DNA from: an uncultured Wohlfahrtiimonas sp. | GTDB taxonomy: Bacteria > Pseudomonadota > Gammaproteobacteria > Cardiobacteriales > Wohlfahrtiimonadaceae | NCBI GenBank assembly: GCA_947630895.1 | Contig: CANRJJ010000002.1 | Location: forward strand, 7,852-71,851 | Length of the DNA: 64,000 nucleotides | Reading direction: 5' to 3' | Shown here: positions 58,112-64,000 of the stretch, piece after piece | Layout of the letters: every line of letters starts with the position of its first letter | Position numbering within the stretch: the first letter of the stretch is position 1 | Program-made: the position numbers and the translations under genes | Notes under the pieces: model-generated | The model's database searches: none | Told to the model about the DNA's origin: nothing | What the model saw: the letters and a program-made list of their open reading frames with translations, nothing else

Positions 58112-59120
58112 AATTTTAGTGACAGGTGGCGCAGGTTATATCGGTTCACACACATGTTTGGAATTATTGAATAATCATCACGAAGTGATTGTGTTGGATA
58201 ATTTATCGAATAGCTCACAAGAATCTTTGAAGCGTGTTGAGCAATTAACAGGAAAATCTTTAATATTCGTTGAAGGTGATATTCGAGATGATAAAGCATT
58301 GGATGAGATTTTTGGGCAATATAACATTGATGCAGTCATTCATTTCGCGGGATTAAAAGCTGTGGGTGAAAGTCAGCAAATACCATTGGCTTACTTTGAT
58401 AATAATATTTCAGGCTCCATTAATTTAGTCAAAGCGATGGAAAGAGCGAATGTATTTAATTTAGTGTTTAGCTCATCTGCCACTGTTTATGATGAAGAGA
58501 ATGTGTCGCCTTTGAATGAAGAGATGCCAACAGGGATGCCCTCAAATAATTATGGTTATACGAAATTAATTGTTGAGCAAATGTTGCAAAAATTATCCAT
58601 TGCTGATGAAAAATGGTCAATTGCATTGTTACGCTATTTTAATCCAGTAGGTGCACATGAAAGTGGCTTAATTGGCGAAGATCCTCAAGGTATTCCAAAT
58701 AATTTAATGCCGTATGTAACGCAGGTTGCAGTGGGATTACGTGAAAAATTATCCATTTATGGCAATGATTATGAAACTGTTGATGGTACAGGGGTTCGAG
58801 ACTATATTCATGTTGTGGACTTGGCTAAAGCTCACTTATGTGCACTGAATAATAGATTGAATGCTAAAGGTTGCAGAGCATGGAATATTGGTACAGGCAA
58901 TGGTTCTTCAGTATTAGAAATTAAAAATACATTTGAAAAAGTGAATAATACCGCAGTGCCTTTTGAATTTGCGCCGCGCCGAGCAGGGGATGTCGCAATT
59001 TCTTATGCTGATAATAGCCGAGCTGTTGATGAGTTAGGATGGAAGCCTGAAAGGAATCTAGAAGATATGTTGGCGGATAGCTGGCGTTGGCAGAGTATGA
59101 ACCCTAAGGGATATAAATAG
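58104..59120 (+). CDS. galE: UDP-glucose (or UDP-GlcNAc) 4-epimerase
   Basis: 338 aa. [11 protein letters not shown], the catalytic YGYTK, and the SDR extended fold pattern. Confidence 0.93.
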   Translation: MAKILVTGGAGYIGSHTCLELLNNHHEVIVLDNLSNSSQESLKRVEQLTGKSLIFVEGDIRDDKALDEIFGQYNIDAVIHFAGLKAVGESQQIPLAYFDNNISGSINLVKAMERANVFNLVFSSSATVYDEENVSPLNEEMPTGMPSNNYGYTKLIVEQMLQKLSIADEKWSIALLRYFNPVGAHESGLIGEDPQGIPNNLMPYVTQVAVGLREKLSIYGNDYETVDGTGVRDYIHVVDLAKAHLCALNNRLNAKGCRAWNIGTGNGSSVLEIKNTFEKVNNTAVPFEFAPRRAGDVAISYADNSRAVDELGWKPERNLEDMLADSWRWQSMNPKGYK

Positions 59121-59128
59121 TGGGGATT

Positions 59129-59155
59129 AAAAAAGGAGCAAAAGCTCCTTTTTCA
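59129..59155. terminator. Bidirectional intrinsic terminator between galE and the convergent pgm gene
   Basis: Stem aaaaaggagc / loop aaaa / stem gctccttttt. Confidence 0.8.
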
Positions 59156-59157
59156 TT

Positions 59158-60528
59158 TTACGGCATAATTATCTGAGTTAATTCATCGACATATTCTTGC
59201 ATTGGCTTTGGATTTCGGTCTGCACGACTTTCAATATTCAAACGCAATAATGGTTCAGTATTCGATGCTCGTACATTTAGACGCCAAGCGCCAAAATCTA
59301 AACTCACACCATCAGTTTCATCTAAAATTGGATTGTCATTGGCGAAATGATCGAATATTTTTTGTATAGTTTTTTGTGTATCTTCGACTTTAAAGTTAAT
59401 TTCACCGCTGCATGGGAATTTTTGAATCATTCCTTCGACTAATTCAGACAGCGATAAACCTGTTTCAGACAATACAGTTAAAGTTAATAGCCATGGGATC
59501 ATACCGCTATCACAATAAGCGAAATCTCTGAAATAGTGATGTGCGCTCATCTCGCCACCATAGGCAGCATTGTGTTCACGCATAACATCTTTAATGAATG
59601 CATGGCCAGATTTTGATTGCACAGCAATGCCGTTATATTGCTCTACGATGTCTAAAGTATTCCAAACTAAACGCGGATCATGAACAATTTTTTCTCCCGA
59701 TTGTTTCAATAAAAATGCTTGAGCCAATAATCCAACGATATAGTAACCTTCGATGAACTGTCCTTTTTCATCAAACAAGAAGCAGCGATCAAAGTCACCA
59801 TCCCAAGCAATTCCCATATCTGCTTTATGTTCAAGTACAGCATCACGAGTACTATCACGATTCTCAATCAGAATCGGGTTAGGAATCCCATTCGGGAAAT
59901 TGCCATCAGGCTCGTTATGAATTTTGATGAAGTCAACAGGAATATTCAGAGTTTTAAATTTTTCTTCTAAAGCATCCACAACATGACCTGCAGCGCCATT
60001 ACCTGCATTCATCACCAATTTTAGTGGGCGAATTTTAGCAGGATCAATGTATGTTAAAAGGTGCTCAACAAACTCAGGCAAGATATTGTAAGGCCTGGTT
60101 ATACCAATTTTATCGACAGCTTTAAAATTATTAGATTCAGCCAATGCTTGAATTTCTTTCAAACCAGTATCACTGCTGATTGGGCGAGAGCCTTCACGAA
60201 CTAATTTCATACCGTTGTAATCCATTGGATTATGGCTTGCCGTGATTTCTATACCACCTTGAACATCTAAGTGAAATGCACCAAAGTAAACCTCTTCCGT
60301 GCCAGTCATTCCTAGATCTAATACATCAACACCGGAATCATTTAGTCCTTTGATGGTTGCTTGCTTTAGTCCTTCGCTACTTAGGCGAACATCACAGCCG
60401 ACAACAATAGTCGTAGGTTGGTAAATTTGCCCATAAGCACGGCCAATTTTATAAGCAATGTCTTCATTGAGTTCAGAGCCTAATTTGCCACGAATGTCAT
60501 AGGCTTTAAAACAGGTGTATTTAGTCAT
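59158..60528 (-). CDS. pgm: Phosphoglucomutase/phosphomannomutase (AlgC/ManB type)
   Basis: 456 aa. [13 protein letters not shown] carries the phosphoserine loop, and DGDFDR is the metal loop. Confidence 0.93.
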   Translation of the reverse strand: MTKYTCFKAYDIRGKLGSELNEDIAYKIGRAYGQIYQPTTIVVGCDVRLSSEGLKQATIKGLNDSGVDVLDLGMTGTEEVYFGAFHLDVQGGIEITASHNPMDYNGMKLVREGSRPISSDTGLKEIQALAESNNFKAVDKIGITRPYNILPEFVEHLLTYIDPAKIRPLKLVMNAGNGAAGHVVDALEEKFKTLNIPVDFIKIHNEPDGNFPNGIPNPILIENRDSTRDAVLEHKADMGIAWDGDFDRCFLFDEKGQFIEGYYIVGLLAQAFLLKQSGEKIVHDPRLVWNTLDIVEQYNGIAVQSKSGHAFIKDVMREHNAAYGGEMSAHHYFRDFAYCDSGMIPWLLTLTVLSETGLSLSELVEGMIQKFPCSGEINFKVEDTQKTIQKIFDHFANDNPILDETDGVSLDFGAWRLNVRASNTEPLLRLNIESRADRNPKPMQEYVDELTQIIMP

Positions 60529-60532
60529 GATA

Positions 60533-61621
60533 TTACTTAGTCTCTAGTGAATTACTTTGTGAAAGTCTAGTTCTAATTGCTTGTCTGATAAGTACGAACA
60601 AAACAGCAAAAATACCACCTAATAAGAAACCAATAATTACAATCAATTTTTTATTTGGCTTGATTGGTTTTTCAGGCAATGTTGCTTCTTGGTCTATATT
60701 GTAAGTATTGAAGCTATCAAACTTAGGGAAAATAACTCTATTAAGTGCTGATAATTCAGATTGTAGCTCATTGTATTTTTGATTAAGCGAAAAGTTATCT
60801 TTTTCTAATTTTAGTTGTTTGATTTTATCAGATAAAACCTCAACTCCTTCCATATAGGGCTCTGTAATTGATAGCTCAGGATTGCTAAGATTAAGGGGTT
60901 TGATAATATCAAGTTTTTTTGCGATGGAAAGGGAGCTTTCTAGAGCAATAATCTTATTTCGATGCTCTGAGATAAGATTATCTTTAAGCTCTCTGATAGC
61001 TATCTTTTTACTATTAATTGATAGTTGCAAAGCTGCTTTTTTATTTTTAATTAAAATATCTTTTGCGGATTGGTTTGCTAGCTCTAAAAACTGAGTAATT
61101 AAATTTTGGGCATTTTCAGAATCTAATGATTTAATTGATAAGGTATAGATATCAGAATTTTTCTGATCACTAGAAATTGACAATACATCTTTTTGAAATT
61201 TTTGAAAATTATCTGAGGTGGCTGTGATTTTTTCTTGTTGACTTGGAATATATGAATCAACAAAAAACTGATATTGTAGCTCATAAGATTCAAGTCGATT
61301 TTTAAGCAATGAGTATAAATCTTCTGTTGATAGAGGGCTTAGATGCCCTTCTGTTATATCTGAACTGGCAATATCTGTTGACACAGTATCTTTATTTAAT
61401 ACATCAATTTGATATAAAAAGGGTGGAGTGATTTTAATTTGTGATTGATAAACAGGCCTCATCACAAAAAAAGCAATAACTAACGCTAATACAGTAAATA
61501 GGCTTGTGATACAAATAATTGTCCATTTGTTTTTCCAGAGTGTAATGCACAATTCAAATAAGTCTATTTCGTCATTATTTGGTGGTATGTATTGATTTGG
61601 AACGTTATTTATAGAATTCAT
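60533..61621 (-). CDS. wzz: Wzz-type polysaccharide chain-length determinant (PCP-1 family)
   Basis: 362 aa. N-terminal [17 protein letters not shown] plus TM1, a long coiled periplasmic region, and a Pro-rich segment [10 protein letters not shown] before the C-terminal TM2 ([10 protein letters not shown]). Confidence 0.8.
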   Translation of the reverse strand: MNSINNVPNQYIPPNNDEIDLFELCITLWKNKWTIICITSLFTVLALVIAFFVMRPVYQSQIKITPPFLYQIDVLNKDTVSTDIASSDITEGHLSPLSTEDLYSLLKNRLESYELQYQFFVDSYIPSQQEKITATSDNFQKFQKDVLSISSDQKNSDIYTLSIKSLDSENAQNLITQFLELANQSAKDILIKNKKAALQLSINSKKIAIRELKDNLISEHRNKIIALESSLSIAKKLDIIKPLNLSNPELSITEPYMEGVEVLSDKIKQLKLEKDNFSLNQKYNELQSELSALNRVIFPKFDSFNTYNIDQEATLPEKPIKPNKKLIVIIGFLLGGIFAVLFVLIRQAIRTRLSQSNSLETK

Positions 61622-61772
61622 AATATATTTAAAATGTAGTTACGATAATGAGTGCTAGATTCTAGCATAATATTAGCTAAAAATTAGTTGTATAAATGCT
61701 TTTCGGTGATATTTAGTATTTGTAGTGTAATCATGTAAAATCATCTCACTTGTTATTAATATTCGGAAAATC

Positions 61773-64000
61773 ATGTCTAACAAAACTTTCTTAATCATCG
61801 ATGGTTCTAACTTTTTATTTCGTGCGTATCATGCATTGCCACCTTTGACGACAAAAGCAGGTCGTCCGACGGGAGCGATTCGTGGTGTGATCACGATGTT
61901 CCAAAAGCTTTTGGATAGTTTTGATCCTGCTTATGTTGCTGTAACATTTGATGCGAAAAGTAAAAGTTTTAGAAGTGATATTTTTGCGGATTATAAAGCG
62001 CATCGCCCGCCAATGCCGGATGATCTCCGTGAACAAATTGCACCATTAATGGATGTTGTGGATTTAATGGGTTTACCAAGATTGATCATCGATGGCATTG
62101 AAGCGGATGATGTGATCGCAACATTGGCTGTTGAAGCCAAAGCCAAAGGTTATAGTGTAATCATTGCTTCAAGCGATAAGGACTTGGCTCAACTCGTTGA
62201 TGATCAAATTAAAATGTACGATGGCATGAAAAATCAAATGATTGATCGTGAAGTCGTATTTGAAAAACATGGTGTTTATCCTGAATCGATTCGTGATTAT
62301 TTAACTTTGATGGGTGATAAAGCCGATAATATTCCAGGTGTTGAAGGTGTTGGGCCCAAAACTGCTGCAAAATGGCTGGCGGAATATCAAACGCTTGAAG
62401 GCATTTTGGACAATGCTGACAAAATTAAAGGTAAAGTGGGCGAACGTTTACGCAGTTCATTTGAGCAAATTGAACTATCTAAGCAGCTAACAACTTTAGT
62501 CATGGATGCGAATTTACCTTATCAAGTGGAAGATTTGGAGTTGCGTGAAGTGAATGTAGATGGTTTGAAAGAATTGTATACAGAATTTGAATTTCACTCT
62601 TTATTAAAGCAATTGGTTTCAGGCAAAACTGAAACGGCATTTAAACCAATGTTAAATACGTTGGTTTCAGCGCCAAGATCTACTGAATGGATCATGCCAC
62701 GTAAACCTGATTTTCAAGACTATTGCGCGATTACAACAATTACTGAGTTAGAGCAGTTCATTCAAAGAGCAGAAAAGGCTTATCGTTTATCGATTGATAC
62801 AGAAACAGATAGTTTAGATTTTATGCAGGCCAAATTGGTAGGTGTTTCATTATCGATTGCATCAGGTGAAGCAGTGTATATTCCTGTGCAGCACGATCTA
62901 TTGGTGGCACCTGAACAGTTAGCTTTGCAAGATGTGATCTCACGATTAAAACCCATTTTAGAAAATGCTGAGATTTTGAAGGTTGGACAAAATCTTAAAT
63001 ATGATTGGCATATTTTGCAGCGCTATGGCATTACTTTAAATGGTATTGCTGATGATACAATGATCGCGAGCTATGTTTGGGATGCGACAGAAAAGCATAA
63101 TATGGATGATCTCGCATTAAAATATTTGGATCATACAACAACGCCATTTGAAGAAATTTCAGGGAAAGGTAAGGCGAAAAAAACTTTTAATGAAATTCCT
63201 TTAGAAACAGCGACTCATTATGCGGCTGAAGATGCTGATATTACATTGCAATTGTGGCATGCATTCAAACCAAGATTGGCATTCATTCCATCTTTACAAT
63301 CTTTGTATGAAACGATTGAAGTTCCATTGCTCACAGTCTTGGCCAAAATGGAACATGATGGAATTTTGGTTAATGTGCTGCATTTAGAAAAATTTAGTGA
63401 AGAGTTATCAGAGCGTTTGGCGAAATTAGAAAATGAAGCTTATCACTTAGCTAGCGAAGAATTTAATTTAAGTTCACCTAAGCAATTGGGCGAAATTTTA
63501 TTTGGCAAATTGGGTTTGCCTGTGATTAAAAAAACTGTCAAAGGTCAGCCATCAACGAATGAAGAAGTATTGCAAGAGTTGGCATTAGATTTTCCATTGC
63601 CTAAATTGATCATTGAGTACCGTGAATTGTCCAAATTAAAATCAACTTATACGGATGCTTTGGTGGCTGAGGTGAATCCTGATACAGGACGTATTCATAC
63701 ATCGTTCAATCAAGCATTAACATCTACGGGGCGATTGTCTTCATCGAAGCCAAATCTTCAAAATATTCCTGTGCGTACGGAAGAAGGTCGGAAAATTCGT
63801 CAGGCATTCATCACTAAATCTGGTTATAAAATGATCTCAGCGGACTACTCGCAAATTGAATTGCGTTTAATGGCTCACTTTTCAGGGGATGAAACATTAA
63901 TTTCAGCATTTAAAAATGATTTGGATATCCATAAAGCAACAGCTTCTGAAGTATTCCATACGCCATTAGAAGAAGTAACGGGTGATTTACGTCGTTCAGC
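61773..64000 (+). CDS. polA: DNA polymerase I, 3' end cut by the window edge (absent from the ORF track)
   Basis: The ATG at 61773 gives MSNKTFLIIDGSNFLFRAYHALPPL (5'-3' exonuclease domain). Further on are SIDTETDSL (3'-5' exonuclease) and SADYSQIELRLMAH (polymerase motif A). The frame is open to nt 64000. Confidence 0.96.
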   Translation, partial: MSNKTFLIIDGSNFLFRAYHALPPLTTKAGRPTGAIRGVITMFQKLLDSFDPAYVAVTFDAKSKSFRSDIFADYKAHRPPMPDDLREQIAPLMDVVDLMGLPRLIIDGIEADDVIATLAVEAKAKGYSVIIASSDKDLAQLVDDQIKMYDGMKNQMIDREVVFEKHGVYPESIRDYLTLMGDKADNIPGVEGVGPKTAAKWLAEYQTLEGILDNADKIKGKVGERLRSSFEQIELSKQLTTLVMDANLPYQVEDLELREVNVDGLKELYTEFEFHSLLKQLVSGKTETAFKPMLNTLVSAPRSTEWIMPRKPDFQDYCAITTITELEQFIQRAEKAYRLSIDTETDSLDFMQAKLVGVSLSIASGEAVYIPVQHDLLVAPEQLALQDVISRLKPILENAEILKVGQNLKYDWHILQRYGITLNGIADDTMIASYVWDATEKHNMDDLALKYLDHTTTPFEEISGKGKAKKTFNEIPLETATHYAAEDADITLQLWHAFKPRLAFIPSLQSLYETIEVPLLTVLAKMEHDGILVNVLHLEKFSEELSERLAKLENEAYHLASEEFNLSSPKQLGEILFGKLGLPVIKKTVKGQPSTNEEVLQELALDFPLPKLIIEYRELSKLKSTYTDALVAEVNPDTGRIHTSFNQALTSTGRLSSSKPNLQNIPVRTEEGRKIRQAFITKSGYKMISADYSQIELRLMAHFSGDETLISAFKNDLDIHKATASEVFHTPLEEVTGDLRRS

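Larger units (their letters stand above)
45597..61621. other. Wzx/Wzy-dependent polysaccharide (O-antigen or capsule) biosynthesis locus
   Basis: A contiguous set of genes: initiating phosphotransferase, flippase, modification genes, polymerase, three glycosyltransferases, nucleotide-sugar genes, and a Wzz chain-length regulator. Confidence 0.85.

Noticed and set aside
61653-61667. A small palindrome, tgctaga-t-tctagca, in the wzz/polA divergent intergenic region as a regulatory operator
   Set aside because: Arms of only 7 bp in a very AT-rich spacer are easily explained by chance, and there is no adjacent regulator gene to link it to.
61815-62036. A 73-aa minus-strand ORF, the only tracked ORF after 61.7 kb
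   Set aside because: It is antisense to the unambiguous polA reading frame, which the track omits only because that frame has no stop codon within the window.
1-64000. CRISPR arrays, tRNA/rRNA genes, IS elements and prophage remnants
   Set aside because: There is no regularly spaced repeat array. I saw no tRNA-like T-arm/acceptor signatures in any intergenic gap, and the largest gaps are only about 250 bp. No transposase- or phage-like translation appears in the six-frame track.

Overview
This 64-kb window is a gene-dense chromosomal segment from a low-GC gammaproteobacterium. The order galU-ugd-pgi-galE followed by a convergent pgm matches the conserved 3' module of Acinetobacter K loci, which hints at a Moraxellaceae-like lineage, but no genus can be assigned without a database search. 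I support about 62 protein-coding genes, including two that run off the window edges and are missing from the ORF track: an M20 amidohydrolase at the 5' edge and polA at the 3' edge. I also support one ncRNA, a 6S RNA (ssrS) upstream of the 5-formyl-THF cyclo-ligase gene, and several intrinsic terminators. I saw no rRNA, tRNA, CRISPR array, IS element, transposase or prophage.

Most of the window is housekeeping:
- metG, ispDF, cysS
- minCDE-hslR-xerC
- slyD, and rpiA-lptCAB-sbcB
- msbA, tolB-pal, hpt, hemA, ubiD
- sodC, orn, pgpA, ung

The only clearly accessory part is a roughly 16-kb Wzx/Wzy-dependent polysaccharide locus between ung and polA (45.6-61.6 kb), whose glycosyltransferase core is visibly more AT-rich than its flanks.

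The observations most worth follow-up are:
1. An FrhB-like Fe-S flavoprotein gene is translationally coupled to a pyruvyltransferase gene inside that locus.
2. The ugd-position gene has lost the catalytic Cys and the GxGxxG motif.
3. A YbjD/OLD-family protein has an intact Toprim domain but degenerate Walker A and B motifs.
4. An ExoI gene overlaps an Xds/ExeM-like EEP nuclease gene, followed by a Sel1/FimV-like exported protein and comF.
5. A bacterial-PH membrane protein is coupled to a STAS-MlaE/MlaF/MCE/lipoprotein transporter.
6. The wzy gene contains a perfect in-frame 18-bp tandem duplication.

I found no convincing multi-gene defence island or other clearly novel system. All family assignments come from reading the translations by eye and should be confirmed with HMM or BLAST searches.
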